Source of the DNA: an uncultured bacterium
GTDB taxonomy: Bacteria > Planctomycetota > UBA1135 > GCA-002686595
NCBI GenBank assembly: GCA_943787795.1
Contig: CALSNU010000001.1
Coordinates: forward strand, 224,001-288,000
DNA: 64,000 bases
Direction: 5' to 3'
Positions 46,429-58,100 of the stretch are shown piece by piece (the first letter of the stretch is position 1; each line of letters starts with the position of its first letter). Position numbers and translations under genes: made by a program. The notes below the pieces were generated by a model. It was given only the letters and a program-made list of their open reading frames with translations, searched no databases and was not told the DNA's origin.

Positions 46429-49316
46429 TCAGCGGTAGCCGAGCTCCCGGAGGCGGTCGGCTTCCTCGGGGGTGTTCATGACGGGGAGGGCCTCGGAGGC
46501 CCCGGCCTCGAGCCACATCCAGGCCTGACCGCGGCCGGGCCAACCCACGTCCTCGGCGCGGCGCTCGGGGAGCTCGCCGCGGTCAAAGTCGGCAGGGAGG
46601 CGGCGGGGGTCGGCACCGGGGGCGAGGGTGAGGCCGCCGAGGGGCTCGCCGTCCAGCGTGGCCTCCACCCGCAGGTCGCTGCCGCGGCACCAGCAGCGCA
46701 GCTCAAGCCGGTCGTTCTCGAGCACCGTATCGAGGGCCAGGTAGCTGCGGTCCAGGTCCATCTCGAAGGCGTCGGGCGGCAGCGCGGGGCGGGTGATGAA
46801 GTTGGCGTCGAAGAGGTCGTCGGTGGACACGCGCAGCTGGAGGCGCTGGCCCTTGGTCGCCGCGCACGCGCAGGTGGAAGCGGCCGGCGGAGAGGTGGGC
46901 GAGGCGGAACTCGCGCAGGGCCTCGCGGGCCCGGGCGACCACCTCGGGGTGCTGGTCCTTCACGTCCACCGACTCGGCGGGGTCGGCGACGAAGTCGTAG
47001 AGGGCCTCGGTCTGGTAGAGCGGGTCCCAGAGGTACTTGAAGGGCCCCTCGACCCAGGCCTTCTGGGCGCTGGAGTCGTAGGTGGGGTACTCGATGAAGG
47101 TGGCGTCCACCGCCGGTGCGTCCGGCGCCAGTCGATCCACACCCTGGGCGTCCTCGGGGGCGGGGATCCCCAGCTGGCCGAGGAGGGTGGGCATGAGGTC
47201 GACGGTGGAGACCGGACGCTGGATCACCTGGCCCGCGGGCCCGCCGGGCACGCGCAGGAGCATGGGCACGTGGACCTGGTCGTCGAAGAGGGTGTAGCCG
47301 TGGTGGTAGTGGTCGTGGTCGCCGAGCCCCTCGCCGTGGTCGGCGACGAAGGCGACGATGGTGCGGTCCCACTGGCCCGAGGCGCGCAGGGCCTCGAGAA
47401 CGACGCCGATGCCCGCGTCCATCTCGGCGATCTCCGCGTCGTAGTAGTCGCCCACGTAGCGGGCGTCCGCCTCGGTCAGGTCGGGGGCGGGGGGCGGCCC
47501 TTCGTGGGCGTACCAGCGCCGGCCGGGCCGCGGATCCAGGACCTGGAACGGGCACCGTCGGGCCGCCGCGGCCGCCCTCAGCGAAGCGCCCGTCGTAGTC
47601 CGCGTCCGTGAAGCGCTCCCGCGTCTCCGCCGGCGTCGTGTACGGCAGGTGCGGGTCCATGATGTGCCAGAACATCAGCCAGGGGGTCGTGCGGTGGCCG
47701 TCGATGAACTCCGCCACCCTGGGCGCGTCCTTCTCCACGGACTCCATGGCCCACTGGGCCCGGTAGCGGTCGAAGCCCTGGTCCAGGCCGTAGCGCGGCG
47801 AGATGAGCCCGTTGGCCACGATCCCCGCGGTCTCGTACCCGTTCCGCGCGAGCACCTCGGCCACCGAGACGGTGGTGGGGTCGATGGCCTCCCACTCATC
47901 GTGCCCGCCGCGGCCGGCGCCGTGGGCCGAGGGGTAGAGGGAGGTGAGCATCGAGGAGAAGCTCGGCAGGGTCCACGGCGCCGGGGAGCGCGCCATGTCG
48001 AAGCGCACGCCTTCGTCGGCGAGCGCCTTCAGGTTCGGGGTCGTGTCGCGCTCGTAGCCGAAGGCGGACATGTGGTCCGCGCGCAGGGTGTCGACGCCGA
48101 TGAGCAGGATGTTCGGCGCGGTGGGGGGCTCGTCCCGGGGCTCGATGCGGGGTGTGCCCACCAGCAGCGCGTCGAGGGGGTCGGGCTGGTCGTCCACGTC
48201 GCTGACCCGGAAGGCCAGGGTCCCGGCCCTGCCGGCCGCGGCGCTCAGGTCGAAGGTGACCTCGCGCCAGGCCCGCTGACCGCGGTCGTTCTTCGCGTCG
48301 ACGGTGACGCTCCCGAGCTCGAGCGCCCCCTCGGCGTCGGTGAACCACGCGCTCATGGTCGCTCCGTCGCCGGACTCGCGGGAGGTCTCGGGGAGCGCGG
48401 CGACGCCGAAGCGTAGCTGCGGCGCCGATTCAGAAGGCGGGACCTCGAGGTCGAAGGCCAGCTCGCCGCCGGCCCGGACCAGCACGCTGTCCCGGACCTC
48501 GGACTGCAGGCTCACCCGCAGCCGCCAGGGCGTCTGGGACTCCTGGCCGTCCCGCGGCTTGTAGCGCCCGGTGAGGTAGTCGAGGTACGCGGGCTCCTCC
48601 AGGGGCGTGATGGAGACGGTGACGTCGTCGATCAGGGTCACGGCCTCGTCCGAGCCGCCGGTCCGGTGGAGGAAGTGGAGCTCCAGGGTGGAGGCCGTCT
48701 GAGCTCGTGATGGCCTCGCTGCGCACGCGGTCCCAACCCGACGCGTCCACGCGTCGCGACACCCGATCTAGGCTGCGGCGGCGGATCCGGCGGCCCTCGG
48801 CGTTGCGCTCCACGCTCGGGTCGGGGACCGCCTCGCCGCGGTGCTCGTAGAGACGCAGGGACTCCCGGCCGCTGCGCTCGTCCAGCACCGGCGGAGCCCT
48901 CGACGCGGAGGCGCCCCTCGACCACGACCCGGTTCCGCCCGCTGACGGGGAGGCTCATCACCGCCCGGCTGTAGTCCTCCGCCACGCCGGGGCCGAGCTG
49001 GAGCGCGGCCCCCTCGCGTCCCGCCCTCGTCGATCATCGTCGCGCCCTCTGCCTGCCATTCCAGCGTGCGCTGGCGGGGCTCGGCGAACCAGACCCGCGC
49101 GGGCCGGGCGCCCTCCGAGAAGTCGTAGGCGATCGTCTCGCTCTCCACCGCGGCCGCGTCGGACGCTGGCCCCGTGAGCCGGGCCTCGTCCATTCCGTCG
49201 AACAGACGGATCCGGGTGGCGGGGGTGGCGGGGGCTGCGTCGGCGCCAGGGGCCGCAGCCTCCTGGTCCGTGCCGCAGGCGGCGAGGAGGCAGAGCGGAG
49301 CGATGCGTCGGAGCAT
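46429..49316 (-). pseudogene. Sulfatase-like lipoprotein interrupted by five frameshifts (pseudogene or assembly errors)
   Basis: Lipobox LLAAC, PNILLIGVDTLRADH, PWTLPS, MDPHLPY, YDAEI, ADHGEGL and terminal LRELGY are spread over six frame segments. Shifts near 49021, 48893, 48700, 47551 and 46851. Confidence 0.82.
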
Positions 49317-49540
49317 CGACTCAGCCTAGCCGCAGCGGGACCCATGGGGGCGCGAACTCTCGTCCGCCCATGACGCCGCGTGCGACCTCGCTGTCGACGC
49401 CCAGGAGGTCGGCGCTTGGCCACCGAATCCGAATCGAGCTCTGGACCGGCCGTGGCAGGCCGCGGCAACCCTTGGGGCCCTCTCGGGAGCCTGAGGTCGG
49501 TCGGCATGTGAAGATCCATGCCCGGAGCTAGAGTAGGAAG

Positions 49541-50692
49541 ATGCTCAAGCAGCTCCGCGCAACCATGTCTGTTCGGTGGGGGGCGGGGATCTCGATCAGC
49601 GCGCTGGCCGCGCTGTTCATGGCCTCTGGCTCCGCGGCGCCGCCAACGATCCAGGACGAACGGGCTCTCGGTGCGAGCGCCAGCTACCAGGGCGCGCAGG
49701 CTTCGGATGCGTTCAGTGCGATCCACCACGTCGGCAACGACCGGATCATCGCCGGCAAGCGCTCCTCGGGCCCGAGCAATCGATTCCTCCTCAGCGTCGA
49801 TGATGGGGCGACGTGGACACCGATCGCCTGCCCCGGCTCTTCGGGCGCACACACGTACTTCTTCGGGCAGAACAACGGGACGCTGCTCGCGGGAACGGGT
49901 GACGCCGGCGACGCCTGCATCATGCGGAGCACGGACAAGGGCAGCAGCTGGGGCGTCGCGCTGAGTGTGGCGCAGCTGGGGACGCTGATCGGGAGCAGCA
50001 GCCCGAAGGCCATCTTCGGGACCGTCCACCTGGGCGCTGGTCGCTGGCTCGCGAACGTCAAGGCGTTCGACACGACGATCAAGGTGATCGAGTCGAACGA
50101 TGACGGCGTCACCTGGACCGTCCCCGCGGCCCAGCCGGGCCAGGGCGCGACCGCCTGGGCGCGGCAGATGGTCCAGACCGGCGACGGCGTGTTGCTCTGG
50201 CCGTCCTGCAACACCGACCAGATGTACCTGTCGCATGACCTCGGGCAGAGCTGGAACCCGGTCACCGTGCCGGGAGCCGCGCTCTTCCAGCCGCTCTGCG
50301 ATGCGGGCTACGGCGCCTACCTTTGCGGCGACCTGACGACCGCGCCGAACGGGGTCATCCGGCTGCATCGGAGCCATGACCGGGGCCGGACCTGGAGCGC
50401 CGTCGCGGCGGTCAACCTCCAGCGGCCAACGATGACGTATTGGCGAGACATCACGGGCAAGGACGGCATCCTGTATGCCTCCGCTTGTTGCGTCGAAGGC
50501 ACGAGCAACGAGCGCAAGATGCTGCTGTACAGGTCATCGAACTACGGCAAGACCTGGGCCTCGCTCGGCAACCCGTTCTTCGGGCCATTCGGCGCCATGC
50601 AGGCGATCTACCAGATGTGCGTCACGGACCGCGGCGAGGTGTTCGCGGCCTGCCAGCCGGACAGCACCATTCTCCGCTGGCCCCTTCGCTGA
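49541..50692 (+). CDS. Exported BNR/Asp-box repeat (sialidase-fold) beta-propeller protein
   Basis: Six Asp-boxes: SVDDGATW, STDKGSSW, SNDDGVTW, SHDLGQSW, SHDRGRTW, SSNYGKTW. Confidence 0.8.
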   Translation: MLKQLRATMSVRWGAGISISALAALFMASGSAAPPTIQDERALGASASYQGAQASDAFSAIHHVGNDRIIAGKRSSGPSNRFLLSVDDGATWTPIACPGSSGAHTYFFGQNNGTLLAGTGDAGDACIMRSTDKGSSWGVALSVAQLGTLIGSSSPKAIFGTVHLGAGRWLANVKAFDTTIKVIESNDDGVTWTVPAAQPGQGATAWARQMVQTGDGVLLWPSCNTDQMYLSHDLGQSWNPVTVPGAALFQPLCDAGYGAYLCGDLTTAPNGVIRLHRSHDRGRTWSAVAAVNLQRPTMTYWRDITGKDGILYASACCVEGTSNERKMLLYRSSNYGKTWASLGNPFFGPFGAMQAIYQMCVTDRGEVFAACQPDSTILRWPLR

Positions 50693-50719
50693 GACGCAGG
50701 AGCCGCGCTCGAACGCGGG

Positions 50720-51142
50720 CTACTCGCCCGGGACCGCCGCCCGGACCAGCCCGGTGAACTCCTCGTCCTCGCCGCTGTAGAAGGCCCAGCCCTCGTGGGC
50801 GTCGACGTCGAGCAGGCCGGAGCGCATACGCGCGACCCGCTGCACCTCGTCTCCCTTGCGGAGCTCGATGCGGTGCTGGGAGACCGGGGGGGCGAACTTG
50901 ATCTGGCGGACGCCGCGAGCGGGGAGCTCAGGGACGGCCTCGAGGGCCGCGACCCACAGCTCGACGGTCTCGGCATCGGTGATCTCGACGGTCTGTGCGT
51001 CGTCGGCGTCCAGTGGTCCCGAGGGGCTGTAGGTGACGACGATCGAGTCGATGCCGAGCTCTGGGCCCGTGTAGGCCGTACAGCAGGCCGGCAGGTGCAG
51101 GAGGACGGCGAGCAGGGCGAGGTGGCGGATCAGGTGGGGCAT
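50720..51142 (-). CDS. Hypothetical lipoprotein
   Basis: MPHLIRHLALLAVLLHLPAC lipobox; good codon pattern. Confidence 0.65.
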   Translation of the reverse strand: MPHLIRHLALLAVLLHLPACCTAYTGPELGIDSIVVTYSPSGPLDADDAQTVEITDAETVELWVAALEAVPELPARGVRQIKFAPPVSQHRIELRKGDEVQRVARMRSGLLDVDAHEGWAFYSGEDEEFTGLVRAAVPGE

Positions 51143-51324
51143 CAGGGTTCTCTTGCTTGGTGCGGGCCGTCAGGACGTCGCGTCGGAGTCCGAGCTTGGG
51201 CGATCTTCAGGAATCTCTGCTCGGAGAGCGCCCGGGCTGCGCTCGAGGCCGCTCCCGAGAGACCTGGAGCTTACAGCATCAGCCGTGATCGACGCGCTCG
51301 TCCACGCGGCGCCGGCCATGGCGC

Positions 51325-52593
51325 TCAGCGGACGAGCAGGTCGGCCCAGTCGAGCCACAGCGTCCAGTCCTCGGGCAGCACGCTGTGGACGCCCTCTCGC
51401 ACGTGATACGCCGGCAGGGTCCCGACAAGGTCGCCCGTCTCGGGGAAGCCCTCGGTCTGGAAGTCGCCCACGCCGAAGAGCTCCCACGCGGGCGCGGCGG
51501 CCTCGACGGCTTGATACTCACCGAGGGGGTCCGCCCACTTGTCCTTGATGGCGGAGCAGACCAGGAGCGGTCGCGGGGCGATGAGCGCGAGGAGGAAGTG
51601 CTGGTCGAGGGGGAGGTGATCCTCACGATCCGCGAAGGACCAGAAGTCCTCTGTAAACCAGTAGCCGAGCACCCTCACGATCCGCTCGACGGTCTCACCG
51701 CGAGCGGGCCGTGAGAGGGCGGCGCCGCCGCAGCCCGAGTGGTTCGAGATGACGCCGGCGAAGCGCTCGTCATAGGCGCCGGCCACCAGGGCGGTCTTGC
51801 CGTTCCGGGAGTGGCCGTGCACTACGACCCGGTCCCCGTCGATCCTCGGGTTCTCGTCGAGGTGGTCGAGGGCGCGCGAGAGGCCCCAGGCCCAGGCGCG
51901 GAGGGTGCCCCAGCTGTTGGGGCCCTGGACCCCCGGCGCGGACTTGGCGCGGGGGCCGCGGATCCCGGCCTCCGTCGTCCAGGTGTCCGGGTCGATGTCG
52001 CCGTGGTAGATGGTCGCCATGGCCCAGCCCCTGGCGATGGCCTGGTCGTAGGCCCAGCGTTCGGCCTTCATGCCGCGCTGCGCATCGTTCGCCCTGCCGT
52101 CCTCGCCGCCGCGGCTGCCGGGCATCCACGACTCGCTGAGCAAGACCCGCGGGTCGTGGGTCGTGGCGTGGTTGCCAGAGAAGTTCAGCCCGAGGAAGCA
52201 GGGCGCGTCCTCCACGCCGACAGGCGAGACGATGAGGACGTCCATCGAGACGCCCTCGCCGAGGTGCAGGCGGACCTGCTCTCGCCAGGCCAAGCCATCC
52301 AGGGCGGAACCTTCCTCTAGGAGAACGGCGCGCACCTCTGGCGGCGCCCCGGGCGCGGTCCCGTAGACGTAGTGCTCGACCGTCCGGGCGATCTCGGGGC
52401 GGCGGGCTTCGAGCCAGTCGCGCTCGGTCTCGACTCGCTCTCCGGTGGAGAGGGTCAAGAGCTCGGGGAGGCCCGCCGTGGCCGGGAGGTCCATGGGGTC
52501 GGCGTAGGGCGTCTCCTGGTCGAGCTCCGGGAGCTTGAGGGGGGCGCTGCAAGCGAAGAGCACGCTCGCCCCCGCGAGCCATCGGGCCCTCAC
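51325..52593 (-). CDS. CE15 glucuronoyl esterase-like alpha/beta hydrolase (lipoprotein)
   Basis: AWAWGLSRALD, nucleophile motif GHSRNGK, SGCGGAAL, DQHFLLALIAPRP, DKWADP. GTG start overlaps the upstream stop. Confidence 0.82.
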   Translation of the reverse strand: MRARWLAGASVLFACSAPLKLPELDQETPYADPMDLPATAGLPELLTLSTGERVETERDWLEARRPEIARTVEHYVYGTAPGAPPEVRAVLLEEGSALDGLAWREQVRLHLGEGVSMDVLIVSPVGVEDAPCFLGLNFSGNHATTHDPRVLLSESWMPGSRGGEDGRANDAQRGMKAERWAYDQAIARGWAMATIYHGDIDPDTWTTEAGIRGPRAKSAPGVQGPNSWGTLRAWAWGLSRALDHLDENPRIDGDRVVVHGHSRNGKTALVAGAYDERFAGVISNHSGCGGAALSRPARGETVERIVRVLGYWFTEDFWSFADREDHLPLDQHFLLALIAPRPLLVCSAIKDKWADPLGEYQAVEAAAPAWELFGVGDFQTEGFPETGDLVGTLPAYHVREGVHSVLPEDWTLWLDWADLLVR

Positions 52594-53582
52594 GAGGTCG
52601 CCCCGTCCGCGGGGTAGCGCAGTCCCCACTGGCCCCGGAGCTCGTCCAGGGTGCGCGCGATCTCGAGGGTCTCCTCCAGGGGGACCTCGGCGCACTCGAG
52701 CGCGCCGGCGGCCAGGGCCTCACCCACGGCCATCGCCTCGTGGGTGTAGCCGTTCCCAAGGTAGGGGTGGCGCTCCAGCTCGCCGTTGACGATCAGCTCC
52801 TGGGCCTGCCAAAAGTCGGGGACCTCGATGGAGCCCTCGGTGCCCGAGATCGTCACCCGGTGGGGCGTCTCGGTCCTGGTGGCCGACGACATGCGGGCCA
52901 GGGCGCCGGAGCCGTAGCGGAAGAGGTACGCCGACTGCTCGTCCACGCCGGTCTCCCCGATGTGGGCGGAGGAGTGGACCTCCAGTGGGGCGCTGCCGAA
53001 GACCATGCGCGCGTAGGCGACGCAGTAGATGCCGACGTCCAGCAGCGCGCCCCCGCCGAGCGCAGGGTCGAAGAGCCGGCCCTTGGGGTCGAGCTCCGTG
53101 CGGAAGCCGAAGTCGCCGTCGAGCTGGCGGGGTTCCCCGATGGCTCCGCTGGCGATGAGCGCCTGGACGCGCCGGGTCGCGGGGAGGAAGCGGGTCCACA
53201 TGGCCTCGCAGAGGAAGGTCCCCGCGCTGCGGGCCGCGGCGACCATCTCCTCGCCCTCCCGCGCGTTCATGGCGAAGGGCTTCTCGCAGAGGACCGCCTT
53301 CCCTCCGGCGATGCAGGCGAGCGTGTTCTCCCGGTGGAGGACGTGGGGGGTGGCGATGTAGGTCGCATCGACGTCCGGATCTCCAGCGAGCTCGTCGTAG
53401 GTGGCGTGCGCCCGGGCCGCGCCGTGCTCCCCGGCGAAGGCCTCGGCGGTCTGGCTTGACCGACTCCCGACGGCGACCAGCTCCCCGTTGTCCGCGGCGC
53501 GGAGCCCGAGCGCGAACTTCGCGGCGATGGTGCCCGTCCCCAGAATTCCCCAGCGCGTCTTCTCCAAAGCTCTCATCTCCAT
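52590..53582 (-). CDS. Gfo/Idh/MocA oxidoreductase
   Basis: WGILGTGTIA, YIATPH, LCEKP, EAMWTRF, GGGALLDVGIY. Confidence 0.92.
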   Translation of the reverse strand: MEMRALEKTRWGILGTGTIAAKFALGLRAADNGELVAVGSRSSQTAEAFAGEHGAARAHATYDELAGDPDVDATYIATPHVLHRENTLACIAGGKAVLCEKPFAMNAREGEEMVAAARSAGTFLCEAMWTRFLPATRRVQALIASGAIGEPRQLDGDFGFRTELDPKGRLFDPALGGGALLDVGIYCVAYARMVFGSAPLEVHSSAHIGETGVDEQSAYLFRYGSGALARMSSATRTETPHRVTISGTEGSIEVPDFWQAQELIVNGELERHPYLGNGYTHEAMAVGEALAAGALECAEVPLEETLEIARTLDELRGQWGLRYPADGATS

Positions 53583-53705
53583 CCTCTGTTCATTCCTGTC
53601 CCTTGACCCGCGCCGATGATGCCTTGCCGGCGGACGTGAGGTCCAAGCCGCCAGGTCGATTCGCACGGCGTGGCGTGCGCCGAGCCGTGGCCGGCCCGTT
53701 CTGCC

Positions 53706-55148
53706 TCAGCCGAGCACTCCGCGGACCACGTCGCCCTCGACGTCGGTGAGGCGGTAGCGGCGGCCCTGGAAGCGGTAGGTGAGGCGCTCGTGGTCGATGC
53801 CGAGCAGGTGGAGGATGGTGGCCTGCAGGTCGTGGACGCTGACGCGGTCACGGGCGGCGCTGAAGCCGAACTCGTCGGTGGCGCCCCAGGTGGTGCCGGG
53901 CTTGATGCCGCCCCCGGCCATCCAGACCGTGAAGCCGTAGGGGTGGTGATCGCGGCCCTGGTTGGGGGCGCCGAGGATGCCCTGGCAGAAGGGCGTGCGC
54001 CCGAACTCGCCGCCCCAGACCACGAGGGTGTCCTCCAGGAGGCCGCGCTGCGCGAGGTCCTCCACCAGCGCCGCCGAGGGGGCGTCGGTGTCGGTGCACT
54101 GGATCTCGAGCTGGGTGTTGAGGTTGCGGTGCTGGTCCCAGCCGGCGTGCATGACCTGGACGAAGCGCGTGCCGCGCTCCACGAGGCGCCGGGCCATGAG
54201 GCAGTTGTAGGCGAAGGACCCCTTGCGCCGGACGTCGGGTCCGTAGGACTCCAGCACGTGCTCCGGCTCGGTGGAGAGGTCGGTGAGCTCCGGCACCGAG
54301 GTCTGCATGCGGTACGCCATCTCGTACTGGGCGATGCGGGTGCGGATCTCGGGGTCGCCCACCTCCTGGGCCCGCTTCTCGTTGAGGGCCGCGAGGTCGT
54401 CGAGCATGCGGCGGCGCAGGCCGCGGTCGATGCCCTTGGGATCCTTCAGGTACAGGACCGGGTCGCCGGTGCCCCGGAACTTCACGCCCTGGTGGACCGT
54501 GGGGAGGAAGCCGCTGCCCCAGTAGAAGTCGTAGAAGATCTGGCCGCAGGAGGCCTCCTTGTCCCGGGAGGTCATGGCCACAAACGCCGGCACATCGTCG
54601 GACATGCGCCCGAGCCCGTAGGAGAGCCACGCGCCCATGGTCGGCCGGCCCGCCTGCTCCGCGCCGGTCATGAAGTAGGTGATGGCCGGGGCGTGGTTCA
54701 CCTGGGTGGTGTGCATCGACTTCACGAAGCACAGCCGGTCCGCGATGGCCGCGGTACGCGGCAGGAAGCTCGAGACCGTGGCGCCGCTCTCCCCGTGGCG
54801 GGCGAAGTCGGGGAGCTCCCCGAGCATGGCCCGGGAGGTCTGCCCGTCGAGCATGGTGCTGAAGCGCTTGCCCCCGGCCACGGAGTCGGGGATCGGCTCC
54901 CCGTGGCGCTGGCGCAGGATCGGCTTCCAGTCGAACAGGTCCACGTGGGACGGGGCGCCGTTCTGGAACAGGTAGATCACCCGCTTCGCCTTGGGCGCGA
55001 AGTGGGGCAGGGCAGGGAGCGCCTCCTGGGCCGAGGCCTCGCGGCCCAGCAGCCCGCCGAGGGCGAGGCCGCCCAGCCCGAGGGAGGCGTCCCTCAGGAG
55101 GGCGCGGCGGGTGAGGTCCGCGCGCAGCTCGACGTCGGGGTCGTTCAT
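53706..55148 (-). CDS. DUF1501 domain protein (Tat-type signal)
   Basis: LTRRALL, AKRVIYLFQNGAPSHVDLFD, GWDQH, WGGEFGRTP, GRDHHP. Confidence 0.92.
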   Translation of the reverse strand: MNDPDVELRADLTRRALLRDASLGLGGLALGGLLGREASAQEALPALPHFAPKAKRVIYLFQNGAPSHVDLFDWKPILRQRHGEPIPDSVAGGKRFSTMLDGQTSRAMLGELPDFARHGESGATVSSFLPRTAAIADRLCFVKSMHTTQVNHAPAITYFMTGAEQAGRPTMGAWLSYGLGRMSDDVPAFVAMTSRDKEASCGQIFYDFYWGSGFLPTVHQGVKFRGTGDPVLYLKDPKGIDRGLRRRMLDDLAALNEKRAQEVGDPEIRTRIAQYEMAYRMQTSVPELTDLSTEPEHVLESYGPDVRRKGSFAYNCLMARRLVERGTRFVQVMHAGWDQHRNLNTQLEIQCTDTDAPSAALVEDLAQRGLLEDTLVVWGGEFGRTPFCQGILGAPNQGRDHHPYGFTVWMAGGGIKPGTTWGATDEFGFSAARDRVSVHDLQATILHLLGIDHERLTYRFQGRRYRLTDVEGDVVRGVLG

Positions 55149-58100
55149 GGCCGGCAGAGGACCTCGTCCAGGTTGAGGATGATGGAGCACACGACCGTCA
55201 TGGCCGCGTGCACGTCGACGGCCAGGCCCTCGGCGGCGGGCGCTGCGCCGGCGGCCACCAGCTCGGCGGCGTCGCCAAGGTGAAAGGCGAAGTGGACCTG
55301 CTCCGCGCGGAAGCGCTCGAGCAGCACCCCGAGCTCGGCGGCGTCCGGCTCTCGCGCGGTGGCGGCGCGGAAGGCCCGGCGGACCGAGGCGCGGGCCTCC
55401 TCGTCGCTGATGGACGTGTCGCCCCCGTGGGCGAGCTCGCCGGGGGGCGCGGTGGGCACCGGCGCGAGGACCCGAGCGGCGAAGCAGCGCGCGGCCTCCA
55501 CGTACCCCGTCTCGTTCAGGGTGGTGAGGGCGTGTAGCGGCGTGTTGGTCACCGAGCGGCCCACCTCGCAGACCTGCCGCTTGGAGGTGTCGAAGAAGAA
55601 CGTGGGGCGCACGATCCGGCGCCAGAACACGTAGAGGCTCCGGCGATAGAGGGCGGACCCCGTGTCCTGCTGGTAGCGGATGGTGCCGAAGGTGGCCTCG
55701 GCCCACACGCCGTCCGGCTGGTAGGGCCGCACGGGCGCGCCGCCGAGCTCGGGCTCGAGCAGCCCGGCGAGGGCGAGGGCCTGGTCGCGGAGCATCCACG
55801 AGGGCAGGCGCGTGCGGGAGGCGCGCGCGAGCCGCTCGTTGTGGGGGTCGTCCTGGAAGCCGGTGCCCGCGGCGCTGGCGGAGCGGCGGTAGGCGCTGCT
55901 GGTGACGATGAGGCGGTGCAGCTGCTTCACGTCCCAGCCGCTGCGCACGAACTCGGTGGCGAGCCAGTCGAGGAGCTCGGGGTGGGTGGGCGCGGCGCTC
56001 TGGCGCCCGAAGTCCCCGGGGCTCGCCACGAGCCCGCGCCCCATGAGGGTCTGCCAGGCGCGGTTCACGGCGACGCGGGCGGTGAGGGGGTTCGCCGGGT
56101 CGACGATCCAGCGGGCGAGGCCGAGGCGGTCCCGCGGCGCGCTGGAGGGGAAGGGCGGCAGGAAGGCGGGCGTGTCCGGGACCACGTCCTCCATGGGCTC
56201 GAGGTAGCTCCCGCGGCGCAGCACGCGAGTGGTGCGCCGGCGATCCTCGGGCAGGTGGTCCATGACCATCACCGGCAGGGCCGCGCCGCGCAGCCCGGCG
56301 GCCTCCGCCTCGAGGGCGTCGAGACGCTCGGATCGTGTGGACCAGTCCGGATCGTGCTCCGCGCGGAAGCGGGTGCGGATCTGGGTGGGCGATGCGGCGA
56401 AGAGGCCGAGGTCGAGCCCCTCCACCTCTTCCCCGACGAGCTTGAAGTAGATGCCGCTCCGGCCGCCCGTGTTGACGATCTTGATCAGCAGGTCGTTCGG
56501 GCCCTGGGCGAGATCGATCACGACCCGCTCCTGATCGGGCTCCGCGCCGCGGGCCACGTTCTTCGCGAGGACCTCGGCGCCGTTGACCCACACCTTGATG
56601 GCGTCGTCGGAGCCCAGGGAGAGCTCCGCGCGCCGGGCGGAGGGGGCCGCGATCTCCCGGCGGAAGTACATGGCCGCCACCTGCGGCGTGGACTCGTGCA
56701 CCTCGCCGTCCACCAGCTCGGGCGCGTCCGTGTACTGCGCCGCCTCGGCGTCCGCGGGGGCGCCGGGCTCCGGTGCGAACGGGCGATCGAAGAGGGTGCC
56801 CGGGCCGCCGGCGCCGGGGAGGTCGGCGCCGGGGAGGTAGGGGCCGGAGGTGCGCCACACGCCGAGGTCCGAAGGGCGGGCCAGCGCGGGCTCGCGCTCC
56901 ATGCGTGCCTGCCACGCTGCGACCCAGCGGGCCTCGGCCGCGTCCAGCTCGGCGTCGGGCGCGAGGCGCGCGGCCTCGAGCTCGGCGGTCTCCGCTGCGA
57001 TGGCGTCGAGGCGGGCGCGGCCCTCCGCGTCGATGTAGGCGAGGGTCGGCGCCGCGCGGCCCCCCTGGATCCGACCGGACTCGGAGGTCTGGTTGAAGAA
57101 GTCGTAGAGCTGGAAGTACTCGCGCTGGGAGATCGGGTCGTAGCGGTGGTCGTGGCAGCGGGCGCAGCCGACGGTGAGCCCGAGCCAGGTGGTGGCGGTG
57201 GTCTCCACCCGGTCGAACACGTTCTCCGTGCGCGTCTCCTCCGCGATCCGGCCGCCCTCGCCGTTGTACATGTGGTTGCGGTTGAACGCGGAGGCGAGCA
57301 CCTCTTCGGGCGTCGCGTCCGGGAGCAGGTCGCCGGCCAGCAGCTCGACCGTGAGCCGGTCGAAGGGGACGTTGCGGTTGAGGGCGTCCACCAGCCAGTC
57401 GCGCCAGGGCCACATGGAGCGGGTGGGGTCCGCCTGGTAGCCGTCGGTGTCGGAGTAGCGCGCGGCGTCCAGCCACTCCCAGGCCATGCGCTCCCCGTAG
57501 GCGGGGCTCGCCAGCAGGCGATCCACCGCCCGCTCGAACCGGTCGTCCCAGGGGGACTCTAGGTAGGCCTCGAGGGCCTCGGGGGTGGGGGGGAGGCCCG
57601 TGAGGTCCAGGGTCACCCGCCGCAGGAGGGCGCCGGGGGCCGCCTCGGGGGCCGGAGCGATGCCGTCGCGCTCGAGCGCCGCCAGGACGAAGCGGTCGAT
57701 GGCGCCGCGGGAGCCTGTGCCGGGAGAATCAGCGCCGGGGGGGAGGAGGGGGGGCGTCGGGCGCGCGGGCGGCACGAAGGCCCAGTGCTCGTCCCAGCGG
57801 GCGCCCTCCTGGATCCAGCGCTCGAGCAGCTGGACCTCCTCCTCGCTCAGGGCGTAGTTGGAGTCCGGGGGCGGCATCTGCTCCTCGGGGAACTCCGAGC
57901 GGATGCGGGCGGCCAGCTCGCTCGCCTCCAGGTCCCCGGGGACCAGCGCGGGGAAGCCGTCCCGGTCGGCGAAGGCGTGCTCCTTCAGGTCCAGGCGGAG
58001 GCCAGCCTGGCGCCCCGCCCCGTCCGGACCGTGGCACGCGTAGCAGCGGTCCGAGAGGATCGGCAGCACGTCCCGGGCGAAGTCCACGGGCGCGGGGTCT

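Noticed and set aside
55149..57476. 1256-aa ORF 53706-57476 as a DUF1553-DUF1501 fusion
   Set aside because: The upstream part is an off-frame overlap with the DUF1553 gene; DUF1501 has its own ATG at 55148.
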